The notes below the pieces were generated by a model. That model saw only the letters and a list, made by a program, of their open reading frames with translations. It was not told where the DNA came from and searched no databases. Of a stretch of 64,000 nt of DNA, positions 29,844 to 42,368 are shown one piece after another. Position 1 is the stretch's first letter, and every line of letters begins with the position of its first letter. This DNA is from Paramecium tetraurelia (Eukaryota). The position numbers and the translations under genes are program-made. Location: contig CT868018.1 in assembly GCA_000165425.1 (NCBI GenBank), positions 75,204 through 139,203 on the forward strand, given 5' to 3'.

Positions 29844-30786
29844 TAAATCCCTTAATTAAAATGTTTATTTATCTATATCAAATTACTCAAGCATTAAATG
29901 CTTAATTATCTTTTATCACATTATAGGTTAAATATATGCATTAAATATATTTATTTATTTGATTCTTGAAATTTATCAATGATCTTGTCCCTTTGTAATT
30001 TAGAAGAATCAGAAATTGACTCTAAAATGATATTGAATAAAAAATTTTTAAATTAGTCATCGGCTATTCTATTTCTATAATTTTCAAGTTAAGCACCCAA
30101 ATCTAGATCTTGCTAGTGCTTTTCTACTTGCCACACAATATTTAGACAATTTTCAATAGTTATGAATGAAATTTCTTTGATCTATTATATACATATCAAA
30201 AAAATTGAATAGTTAGTTTTCTATATTATGTTTTTTTTTTAAATTGATTAGACATAGATTAATAAACTATCAAAATGCTTATCTCTAGATACAAATTTTA
30301 TACATATCTAAGAACTTTATTATTTGTTAATAGCTCAATATAAAATGATAGCATTGATTCATCTCTTTTATGGAACCCTATTACTATTAATTTTAAGTAT
30401 CCCATTGATTATAAATTGCGCAGAATAATTTCTTCTCATACTAAGCAATAAATTATAATTTTCTATTTCATCATGCACAAGCTTTTTATTTTGTAAATTC
30501 TCAATTTTTATGTGTTAACAATTCGCAAAATAATTATACTTAATTTTAATTGTATCTACTTTATTTTTATGTAATTTTGAAGATGGGAAAAGATCAAAAC
30601 TTTTTTAAATTATTTGCATTACAATAGGAATCTAATAATACTAAAATGTTTATTACATTTATCTTTAGTTAATTAACAGTCTTCATCTACATTATAGATT
30701 GAGAATAGTTTTCAAAGTCCTATTTTTAAGATTCCCATCATATTTATTGTACTTGCTATTTATATTTATAATTCAATTAATATTAT

Positions 30787-31296
30787 TCATGTGTTATCAA
30801 TTATAGGTTTATTAGTTTTGGGTTAAGGAATTGGGAAAAATTGTCTACTAAGAGCTGAATAGCGTGAAATTAACGGCTCATCAGTTATCATTAGATCTGT
30901 GACTAATTTTAATGGTGTTATTGGCAAATCTCTTAACTGAGCATTCACTTTATTCTTAGAACGAGTAATAAATTTTGGGTACTGATGTAAGAATTAATAT
31001 TTTACGTCCTTTGGTGTCAATAAATACTGCTTTTTCTCATTATTTTCAATTTAATTTAATTCTTCGGTTCTAAAATGAATGGCATTTCCCTCTAAGATAA
31101 TAAAGAATAGCCTATTTCTTACATAGATCATTGAAAACCATATAAATTTAAACACCACACAAAGAAGCCAATTCATATGCCTTCTTTAGTAAACCTATCT
31201 TCCTTTTATGAAATGTAATCTAAACCATATTTAAGAACATACATTTCTTTATTGTCTGTCTTCTATTTTAGTGATTGAAATCTTTTTTCTGCCCAT
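30787..31296 (-). CDS. MADS-box transcription factor (MEF2/type II-like)
   Basis: MGRKKISITKIEDRQQRN|ITFHKRKIGLLKKAYELASLCGV; three short introns. Confidence 0.93.
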
Positions 31297-31513
31297 TATA
31301 ATTTAAATTAAAATAATTAAAATTTCATAAGCTCAATAAACCATCATTAGGTTAATCATAGATGAACTCTTTTTCTTTAAAATAGAATCCTTTAACTATT
31401 ATATATATATTTAAAATTTAAGAATAATAAGGCTTTTTGAGAGGACTAATTAAACTAAGAGCTTAATGAATTACTTTAATATAAATTTACTTATGAAAAT
31501 ATTATACATTATA

Positions 31514-34312
31514 TCAATTTAGATAAAATTATTTAACCTATTTACTTGATTTGACCAATCTTGATAATACTTTTGTTGCAATAACTATCAAGACTGTTGT
31601 TGCTATAAGGGCATTATAATTGAAATTATCCAGTAACATATCGTATGTCTAATATATTATTAAGAAAAATATACTTTATCAGGAGCGATTCTAGTGAAGA
31701 AAATATCAGAACCATAAACTAATAGTAACGCTGAGGATTCTAAATTTGTTGATTCTATTGAAAATTTCTCAATTTCGAACTAGATTAAATAATTAAAATA
31801 CAGTTTAGTGATATGTCAGCATGTTTAAAAAATTAATTGGTAATTAATATTAATAAGGAGGAAGCTCTGCTGATTACAGAGAATATTCTAATATAGGTTG
31901 ATCTGCCTTTTCTCTTCTTCTAGTGGAAACTAAGTTACGATCTAAAGAATGCAATTATCCTGAAGTTGTTATAATCAATAAATTCTTTTTTGTTAATGAT
32001 TTAAGAGTTCTAGACATTCCCAAATACTTGATTCCCAAAGGGCATCCATATACTTATTACAAGAAGAATGATTCAAAGTCAGCTTTATAATAGTTAGTAA
32101 TGATTGGTGTTTTTGTAAAGTAATAGTTTTCCAACATTTTAATAAATGATACTTCAATCTTAGCATGATAGATTTCAACAGTCCAAATTTCAAACATCAT
32201 TTAAGCCTTATTGTAATAAGTAACAAACACTTAGTGTTCATCAAAAACTAAATTAATAGGTTGGTTAAAGTCAGCCTCACTTTGGACACTCTAAAATATT
32301 ATTTTGCCAGTCTTAGCATTAATAATAAATAATTTTAATTTATCCCCATCTGAAGTTAAGACTGCAAAATTAGATTGATCAATCAATTTGAATATGACTT
32401 TTCTATCATCCCATATTGCAACTCTTGGATTTTCTTCTCCAACATGATAAGAAGATCTGATTATCAAAATTTCATCTTTCATATTAATTGTCCATATGTT
32501 GACTAATTAATTATTGAATAATTTATATCCTTTAAGTACGCCATTGTCATTTCTATATAAGATGATCTCTTTTGTATTTAAAGAATCATGTTTGGGATAT
32601 GTAAATATATTGTTTTCTTCATCAATTAGAATTACAATATTGTGATGTTGCCCAGGTCCTCCTTCCACTCTGTAGGGGATTGTCCATAAAATATTATTTG
32701 AAGATTGTGATGCAACCTATTGGATTATTCCATGTTATAAATCTAAAACAAAAGTATTCAAACGTTTTTTCTCATTCGAATAATAAAATAACACGTGAGT
32801 TGGCTTTGCATCATTGCTATCAAAATGTCTGATTAGATTGGAACTAAATTATTATGGAATGTATTACTCTATTTAATGATGTGCAACCAATTTAAAGGAT
32901 TTATCTTAATTATTAATCTATAATTTAATTAATAAAGATAACTCTTAAGTGTCATAACATAATAATGTTCCATAAGTTGTCAAAAAGTAGACCTTCTATT
33001 TCAATCCATAGGTTTATTCCATCTCTCTTGTTTAAACCTTCTCTTTACCCAAATTATCAATAAAATGAGTTGCTACCTCTTGTAAATCTCTGACCTCGTT
33101 CAAAATCCTTGAAACAATATTTTACACCAAAAACAAAGGATTGTTTGTACCGTGCTTCTCAAGTGATTCATAATATGTATTTTTATGTGTCTATTCTTAA
33201 TTTTCGTATTTTTCGTAAAAAACAGTATCAATGCTAATTAAAGATTGTTCAGTTGTCCATCTAATACCTTTATTATCAACTAGTACAGTCTGTAAATCTT
33301 TATACTGAATTAAAAATTATTTTTTATTTTAATCTATCAAAAAAGCATTTAATATTGATGTCTTTGTTTCTAATTCTATCATTTCTGAGTGATGTTATTT
33401 TGTATCTCTGTCAAAAGTCACAATAATTAACTCATTATCTTTCTATTTTAAAGTATAATAATATTTTTGAGTCTCTAAATTTTATATAACATGCTCATCT
33501 TGATTTAATTCATATTCAATTTACCCATCCAAATTAACTATCTATTTCTTTGATTTTTCATTAATTACTAGAGTTTATGTTAACCCAATAAATCTATCCA
33601 ATTTCTTAATTAGTTCAATATCTAATGGCTTGGCTGATTTCTCTTTGAGGTGATAAGCAAATTTTTCATCTTTATAAACAAGGGTGTTGCCAAATTCATA
33701 AATTTTACCATTATTCAAACTTTATACACAGTAATTTTATTATATAGATTCTCTAATTTAATAGATGCAAATTTCCGTTTATTTTTGCAAAACAACCACT
33801 GGAACATCAAAGATATATCCTGCGTGTATAATTTAATGATCGAACCTAAAGATATCTAACTTATATTCATACTTCTTAGTGAATTTGTTATTAAAGGTCG
33901 AGAAAATAGTTTATCCATATATAAGTATAAACTCTCCATTTAATCCTATTAAGCAATGGTCGATTTAGTCTATAATTTCTCCTTCTGTCAACACTGAATA
34001 TCCTTCATTATATAATTGCACAATCTATTGATTTGGTTCATACCTGACGTAATTGTAGGAATCACACATAGTATAAGTATTTCTTTATTTAACTTGGCCT
34101 AAATTATACGAGTACATAAAACCTGTAGATTTCTCAATAATTCCATGTTGATTGTTCGTATTTTAGTAAAATATAGTTTAATCCTAAACTTGAATGTATT
34201 TTAGTTCGCCAAATAGTCTTTTATTCCAATCATGCACTCCTGCTTGTTGTTAATGCAATGCAAGGACATTATTAAAGATAATTCCAGCCACGCTCACAAT
34301 TAATAATAACAT
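31514..34312 (-). CDS. EMC1: ER membrane protein complex subunit 1
   Basis: Signal peptide then ALHQQQAGVHDWNKRLFG; C-terminal STNLESSALLLVYGSDIFFTRIAPDK|TYDMLLDNFNY followed by a TM helix. Confidence 0.88.
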
Positions 34313-34378
34313 TTATTAAATTTAATATTTTAAGTTCAATTAAAAAATTTTGTATTAGTCTAATGCAGATATTTTATC

Positions 34379-35864
34379 ATCAATATTTCTACTAGAAGGA
34401 AGAATCAATTCTTATATATAGAAGTTCCTGTATTGCTATCTTGAATTTCTTTAGGGTATTCAACAACTTATGTATTTCGATTAAGTCCATATAATTCATC
34501 ATGAATTTAGGAATTTGACTGTGATCTTATTTGAATCAAAAGTATTTAATGTTATACAAAATTAAAATTTGCCATATTCCAAATCATTTAACCTTTTAGA
34601 TATTTCAAAAGTAGGATAATGTTTTGATTTTTGTTGAGTACTTTAATTTATATCACATATTAATTATTTAAGATATTGTTGATCTTGATTAATGAGATCT
34701 TTATTTCATAGTAATAACTTTATTGATTTCTAAAATATATCAAAACTAATGGAATTTTAAGAGGTTGTCTTAATATAATATTTTAATATTAATTAATGAT
34801 TATTCATTCATCAAGCCAGAATTAAAACTTAGTTTAGAGTCCAGTTACCCATTTGATAGCAATTCCTTTATAACCTGATAAGAAAAGAACTTTAGTTGAT
34901 TATGATGGATTCCTTCCCATAGCTAATTTAAGTTATGTTTCTGGATTCTAAATAATATCATGTTAAGATAAGACAATATTATCTTGTTCGGCCTAATAAA
35001 TGAAAGAAAATGAATACTTCTGAAGCATTTTCTTCTAAAAATGTAGCTTTGAATGATCCATCTTCTGATTCTAATGTGACAATTTTTCCGTATTCTTTAA
35101 TTTAGACCTTAAACTATTTTATAGTTTTAACACTTTTATATAAATAATTAAAAATACGCTGTCTCTTTGTTACCGCTTGTATCATTAATTTCTTATCTTT
35201 TGATGGCCATCTTATTTACTAACATTTTATTTGCTTAATCTTTTAAGACATCTTGAAGACTATTTGGCTTTTGTTAATTTTGAGCGGGTATATTAGATGG
35301 GATTTGAGCGGGGATTGGAATTTAAGGTTATTAATTTATTTTGGATGGTTATGCCACAAATGGACTTTATGGTTGTTAAGGAATAAATGGACTTGTTGGC
35401 TGTTATTAAGAAACGAAGGGGGAGGTTGGTTGTTAAGTGGGAGTAAATCCTGGTTGATTAGCAGGTTGATTGGTAGATGGAAAGTTACTTGGAACACTAT
35501 TTTTGTCCTAAAATATTTGAATATATACATACCAAGCATTCAACTCTTTCACCTCCTTAAAGGAATTGATTTATCTTTGTGCTTTTTTAAATCGGTTTTT
35601 GTTGATCATTTATTCTCCATACTTTATCTAAAAACTTACCATTTTTAACATGATCATCAAAAATGTCCTCAAATGTATCATTGGGTTTTAATTGAACTTA
35701 TTTTCCATTGACTGTAAAGGAGATGCTCATATATGATTTCTATTAATTAAAAATATTTATATTTCTATTAACTTAATTTTATTACATTTCAATAACCCTA
35801 ATAAATAAATATAGTTATTAATATATATTATCATCAACATTCAATATTTTTATTTCATATTCAT
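34379..35864 (-). repeat. Inverted copy of the segment repeated at about 40200-41805 and 42240-43260
   Basis: Reverse complement compared by eye. 34379-35281 appears identical to 40876-41805 except for a 27-bp indel. Confidence 0.95.
34804..35730 (-). CDS. Uncharacterised protein, copy 1 of 3 (small N-terminal domain, P/Q/S-rich linker, C-terminal domain)
   Basis: MSISFTVNGKQVQLKPNDTFEDIF...LQGGERVECL|DKNSVPSNFP...KFQFWLDE-TGA; three short introns; frame intact. Confidence 0.85.
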
Positions 35865-36406
35865 GATCCATAAAACTCTCTTTTATTTAATTTCATTCAT
35901 ATATATCTAAAGGTATTATTTTTTTAATTAATAATATTCTAACTCATAATTTACTCTTATCGCCAAATTGCTATTTAATTCTAGATCTTCTTCATCTCTT
36001 AATTCTTTCAAATGATAATAGTTACTCTTATTAATGTCTCCATATTTAATAAACTTATGTTTTGTAATATTTAATATTTGGAAACATAAATAAACCTTGT
36101 GCAGTTTACTCATAACTAATCTTGTTTAATGATTTTAAAGGAGAGACTAGTATATTTTGCAATTAATTTAACTAACTTATGAAACTGTGTCATTTAGTTG
36201 TTTTGTTCTGAAATGATCAACCAAAAACAATCAACAATTAGCGATATTATTTACTGTATTATGAAAACATCACGTTTTTTTCAAAATTTGCACATTTAAA
36301 GAAGGAACTTTTTTACCATCGTCAATGATTGTTGTTGAATTTGATGAATTCAATTTTTAAAGTATTACCTGCAAAGAGTGGAATTATATTTATTCATTAA
36401 TTTAAA

Positions 36407-37688
36407 ATGTATAAATCCAAACGAACCTAATATGGTGGATCGACTGCCAGCACTTTAGATCTGTTACAGTCATAGGATTGTCTATTTTGTCAATAATCTC
36501 ATTAATTTTGTTGCCTCATTACTAGAGCTCTTTACATCAAATATTCAGCAAGCCAGAATTATTACTATCAAAAGGATATTAATATAATACTTTTGCAATA
36601 ACGATCTAAACAATATACTGCTTATAAAGAATGGACTTATTATGATCCTAATGAGTATTTAAAAAGGTTTTATTCTTTAACTGATACAAGATAAAAAACC
36701 ATAGTATTAACTGAATATTATAAAGTAATTACTTTCAAAACTATACTGAATAGTTTCATCGAGATATTCCTCGTCTTTTCATGTTACCTATAGCTTCAAC
36801 ATTATCTAAATATCATGATAAACGCCGCAGAATAGAATATATAAGAATATCAAGGATGCTAGGAGGGCATGTTGAATAACCAACATCAACATAAAATTCT
36901 ATCTAAACAGTATTAATTGAATATTTACATAAACTTAGTCATTGCAAAATCTATTGGGTTAATTAAATTTTACTAAACAAGAATAATCTAACACTTTGAT
37001 TGAAATATAAAAAAATCTAAAAGAAGCCATAAATACATCCTAAAACAATCAAAGAGAATTTGATTCTCGTAAGTATAATCTACCTCTATAACTAAAAAAT
37101 TCTGATTATTACAATAAATCTAAATTAGATCATAAATCTGATACCAATTCAAGATTGGATTTTAAAGAAAATATAAATGATCTAATTTATAAAAAAAAGC
37201 CATTAAAAAATTCAGGTATATAAACATAAAGAGAAATTTCTTAACCCAAAGTATATAGCACTGAAAAAAATTGTAAATTATAGGTTCAATAGATTCCCCT
37301 CACTTAAAGAAATGGCAACAATACAAAATAATCAATATCTCCTAGACCTACGACTTAAAGATCTATAAAACCTTAAATTATGTAGTTATTAAAGCCTAAC
37401 CATAATAACAACAATAAATTAAAGGCTACTAACATTATCTTAGAATGTCTAATGAGAAAGCTGAATTTAGATCAAAAGACTCTCAAAAAATAAAAATCCA
37501 AGTCTCCTAATAATCCTTCTAATTAACAAGCGAAAAGAAAGAGAAGAGTAATGAGCACAAATTAAGAAGCAACAAAAATAGATTTGACTTAACTTAAATA
37601 AAAATAATCATAATTACTTTAGAGTAAGTTTGATTAAAATATTATTAATAAAGGATATAAAACAGGAAGAGCCTCAGCAATGGCTTGA
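36407..37688 (+). CDS. Hypothetical protein with conserved-looking N-terminal domain and low-complexity tail
   Basis: KYSASQNYYYQKDIN...EYLKRFY...LTEYYK|FHRDIPRLF...YHDKRRRIEY; TGA at 37686-37688. Confidence 0.75.
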
Positions 37689-38250
37689 TTAATTTAGTTA
37701 TATATTTATTTATTTATTACTATAAAAATAAAGTCAATTGTAAAAAGAAAAGTTTAAAATTGAATCTAAAATATCATACCCTAATTCAATTGTTCCATCT
37801 ATTAAATATAGGTTTTCTAATTTTGATCTAAAATTTTTATTTGGTTTATTCAAATACAAATCGATATCTTTCTATGAAAAATTCAATCTCAATATTATCC
37901 ATTGCAAATAACACATATGTAATTTTAGACTTATTGAATGATGGAACTATCCCCTTATTATATTAGGACCTGAAGTAGTGCCAGAAAGTTTGCACAAAAT
38001 AAATCTTTGATATATGATATCCATAAGAATAGTTAGTTAAGATATATTTAAATCTAGAGTCCATATATATATAAGTTAAAAACTGTCAAATGTCAAAAAA
38101 AAAATTGTTTTTTTTCTAATCTATTTACCATTAACTTTAAAAAAGTAAATATCTTGAGTAAATTCATATTTTCTAAAAAATGACATAATCATTTCAACAA
38201 ACTTTATATTGCAATTTAATAATAAAAATAAATACTTTAGTCAAGTGAAA

Positions 38251-40010
38251 ATGATGAAAAATTAAAGCCCTGAAAGTGATAAAAACCCAAAAATAATGAG
38301 AAAAATTAACGAGCACAATGCTTCACATCGCACAGATGAAAAGTATAATTTGTTAATGCAATTTCTGCTTATTATCATTTAAGAAAAAGTAACTCGATAC
38401 AATAAAACAGAATACCAAAACCATAAAAGAAATGCATAATCTTAAATTAAAGTAAAATTCAAATGACAGAGAATTTATTTTATTGTGACTCGTTTGGTAT
38501 AGGAATCCTATGGTAGAACTCTAAACATTCAGATATAAGATACTGTATATTTTCAAAATGGAGGGGCTAAATCTATTTTATAGAGTCTCAAAGATAGTAT
38601 AGATAAGCCATTCTAATTAAGAGTCTAATTATGGAAAGGATCATTATAAAAATTAATGCAAATATATGAATAACAAAAGAAAGAAGATTGCAAATGCAAA
38701 TATATAATTAGATTTGATTCAAAAATGCGAAAAATAATAATCAGCATTGAGTATTTCAACATTTTATATAAAAATGTAATTAAATAAAGAGTAAATAAAT
38801 AATATTAGTGAAAAATTAAGGAAGCAGTTTTGGTTAAATTTGATGATGATTCAGTGTAAATAATGACTGAAGCTGAATTTTTTTTGTTAATGTCTAAAAG
38901 AAAGGGCGATAAATTCTGGAATAAAATATTTTCTATTTTAAATTACATTAAACAAAGGGTTTTTTTAACACATAGAATTCATTTTAATAGAAAAAGAGAT
39001 AGTAATCATACTTATTTTGAGCGAAGCGCTATGGAAACTAGAATAATTAGGGGCGAAGTTATTTCAGCATCCACAGAGTATATTAGTCAAGCAATAGAAG
39101 ATGATTTCTTAATATAATGAAGGAAAAAAGTATTTTTGAGTATTTAAGATATAATACGTTTAAAATAATTTAGTTCTTAGATTTAAATATATCTTATATG
39201 AATTTAGATACTTGATGACACCATCATAAATGAAGGTAATTTGAATGGAATCAAGATGATAGAGCAGAATTTCAATTTTTTAATACTTATTAAATCAAAT
39301 ATGAGAAAAGAATAAAAGACGAGAGTTATATTTCTCCAAAACCTCATCATTCTAATAATAGCAAAAATGCAAATGACGTTGAAAATAGTGAGGAATATAG
39401 AGAAATTGACCCAAGAAAATGTTTAATCGAAAATATTAATTGCAATTGATTGCTAGGAATGCATAAAATATATTAAAATTAAAATAATATCATTTATTAT
39501 ACAAAGATACACCAAAGATAAGTTAATGGCAAGGTTGTATGTAAGATGATTATCAAGCCTTATTGTAATCAGTTGGTATTGATAAAAATTAATTTAACTT
39601 AAGGGAAGATAATTAATCAGAGATGACATTCAAACATTTACACCCTGATATATAGATAGTATTTTAGAGGATGATGAAAGGTCAATAATTATTTAATAAA
39701 CTAAAGAGTAAAATTTTATTAAAAAAACATTTTAAAACAACTTTTTATAGAGAACAACAAATCTAAACCTATCTCTCATTCAAATATGTTACATAGACTT
39801 TTTTTAACACCAGAAAAAAAGCAAAGATCACAAGCTGTTTCAAAACCTAGGTGGGATTTAATTTCAACTCTTAATTAATCTTCATTTAAGAAAAGCATCA
39901 GGTCGGTTGATAGAACGGTCAGCGAATTTAGATATGAAATAAGTAGAAATGGAAAAAGATCAGCAAATACTCTTAATAAGGTACTTGGGTTAGCTAATAC
40001 TTGGTTTGAT
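38251..40010 (+). CDS. Hypothetical protein or degraded gene (ends and exons uncertain)
   Basis: Coding-like frames (MMKNQSPESDKNPK...; MTEAEFFLLMSKRKGDKFW); its 3' part is duplicated from 41806. Confidence 0.4.
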
Positions 40011-40263
40011 ATTATTTTATTACCAATTATTATTAGATCAAATAAATTAAAAATCTTTATGATTATTAATTATCATTTAAATAATAAAGAAATAACAAAG
40101 TAACTAATGTAGAAGCAAAATATGTTGATTGAATTTAATTTATTAAAAGGAAAATTTTACCATTAACAAAACTTACATCAACATGAATATTAAGATAAAA
40201 TAATGAATATGAAATAAAAATATTGAATGTTGATGATAATATATATTAATAAATATTTTTATT

Positions 40264-40430
40264 TATTAGGGTTATTGAAATGTAATAAAATTAAGTTAAT
40301 AGAAATATAAATAATTTAATCTATTAGGGCTATTGAAATGTAATTAAATTAAGTTAATAGAAATTTAAACAATTTAATCTATTAGGGCTATTGAAATGTA
40401 ATTAAATTAAGTTGGTAGAAATTTAAATAT
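40264..40430 (+). repeat. 58-bp tandem repeat (about 3 units) just upstream of gene copy 2
   Basis: TATTAGGG(T/C)TATTGAAATGTAAT.. starts at 40264, 40322 and 40380; only one unit lies upstream of copies 1 and 3. Confidence 0.92.
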
Positions 40431-40452
40431 TTTTAATTAATAGAAATCATAT

Positions 40453-41353
40453 ATGAGCATCTCCTTTACAATCAATGGAAAATAAGTTCAATCAAAACCC
40501 AATGATACATTTGAGGACATTTTTGATGAATATGTTAAAGTTAAAGGGTGAAATTTTTTTAAATAAAATATGGAGAATAAATGATCAACAAAAACTGATT
40601 TAAAAAAGCATAAAGATAACTCAAATCCTTAAAGGAGGTGATAAAGTTGATTGCTTAGTATATCTATATTCAAATATTTTAGGACAAAAATAGTGTTCCA
40701 AGTACCTTTTCATCTACCAATCAAATTGATAATCAAAGAAGATTTATACCCCTTTAACCACCAATTTAACCCATCGATTTTTTATAACAGCCAAGTAATC
40801 AACCAATAAATCCATTAGTGAAATAACCAAATAAAATAAATTAATAATCTTAAACTCCACCTAAAGTACCCACTTAAAATTAACAAAAGCCAAATAGTCT
40901 TCAAGATGTCTTAAAAGATTAAGCAAATAAAATGTTAGTAAATAAGATGGCCATCAAAAGATAAGAAATTAATGATACAAGCGGTAACAAAGAGACAGCG
41001 TATTTTTAATTATTTATATAAAAGTGTTAAAACTATAAAATAGTTTAAGGTCTAAATTAAAGAATACGGAAAAATTGTCACATTAGAATCAGAAGATGGA
41101 TCATTCAAAGCTACATTTTTAGAAGAAAATGCTTCAGAAGTATTCATTTTCTTTCATTTATTAGGCCGAACAAGATAATATTGTCTTATCTTAACATGAT
41201 ATTATTTAGAATCCAGAAACATAACTTAAATTAGCTATGGGAAGGAATCCATCATAATCAACTAAAGTTCTTTTCTTATCAGGTTATAAAGGAATTGCTA
41301 TCAAATGGGTAACTGGACTCTAAACTAAGTTTTAATTCTGGCTTGATGAATGA
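40453..41353 (+). pseudogene. Copy 2 of the triplicated gene, disrupted and chimeric
   Basis: Premature TGA at 40549-40551 (codon 33) with a frameshift; diverged 5' half; 3' half matches copy 1. Confidence 0.8.
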
Positions 41354-41682
41354 ATAATCATTAATTAATATTAAAATATTATATTAAGACAACCTCTTAA
41401 AATTCCATTAGTTTTGATATATTTTAGAAATCAATAAAGTTATTACTATGAAATAAAGATCTCATTAATCAAGATCAACAATATCTTAAATAATTAATAT
41501 GTGATATAAATTAAAGTACTCAACAAAAATCAAAACATTATCCTACTTTTGAAATATCTAAAAGGTTAAATGATTTGGAATATGGCAAATTTTAATTTTG
41601 TATAACATTAAATACTTTTGATTCAAATAAGATCACAGTCAAATTCCTAAATTCATGATGAATTATATGGACTTAATCGAAA

Positions 41683-41711
41683 TATAATAGCAATGCAAGA
41701 CTTTTTAATTA
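41683..41711. other. IES-like 27-bp TA-bounded segment (both TAs included in the coordinates)
   Basis: cgaaa-TA-taatagcaatgcaagactttttaat-TA-cataag here, versus cgaaa-TA-cataag in the inverted copy (TA at 34473-34474). Confidence 0.7.
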
Positions 41712-42368
41712 CATAAGTTGTTGAATACCCTAAAGAAATTCAAGATAGCAATACAGGAACTTCTATATATAAGAATTGATTCTTCCTTCTAGTAGAAATA
41801 TTGATATCTCTCATTCAAAATGTTACATAGACTTTTTTTAACACCAGAAAAAAAGCAAAGATCACAAGCAGTTTCAAAACCTAGGTGGGATTTAATTTCA
41901 ACTCTTAATTAATCTTCATTTAAGAAAAGCATCAGGTCGGTTGATAGAACGGTCAGCGAATTTAGATATGAAATAAGTAGAAATGGAATAAGATCAGTAA
42001 ATACTCTTAATAAGGTACTTGGGTTAGCTAATACTTGGTTTGATATTATTTTATTACCAATTATTATTAGATCAAATAAATTAAAAATTTTTATGATTAT
42101 TAATTATCATTTAAATAATAAAGAAATAACAAAGTAACTAATGTAGAAGCAAATATGTTGATTGAGTTTAATTTATTAAAAGGAAAATTTAACCATCAAC
42201 CAAACATATATCAACATGAATATTAAGATAAATAATGAATATGAAATAAAAATATTGAATGTTGATGATAATATATATTAATAAATATTTTTATTTATTA
42301 GGGTTATTGAAATGTAATAAAATTAAGTTGATAGAAATATAAATATTTTTAATTAATAGAAATCATAT

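Noticed and set aside
29900..30760. Coding-like stretches in the gap next to the MADS gene
   Set aside because: I could not build a convincing gene model on either strand; at most a highly decayed remnant.
40264..40430. 58-bp repeats as a CRISPR array or telomeric tract (they contain TTAGGG)
   Set aside because: Units are head-to-tail with no unique spacers, the DNA is eukaryotic, TTAGGG occurs once per unit, and Paramecium telomeres are TT(T/G)GGG arrays.
34379..41805. Long inverted repeats as terminal repeats of a transposon
   Set aside because: No transposase-like motifs recognised between them, no clear target-site duplication, and the repeats consist of an intron-containing host-type gene.
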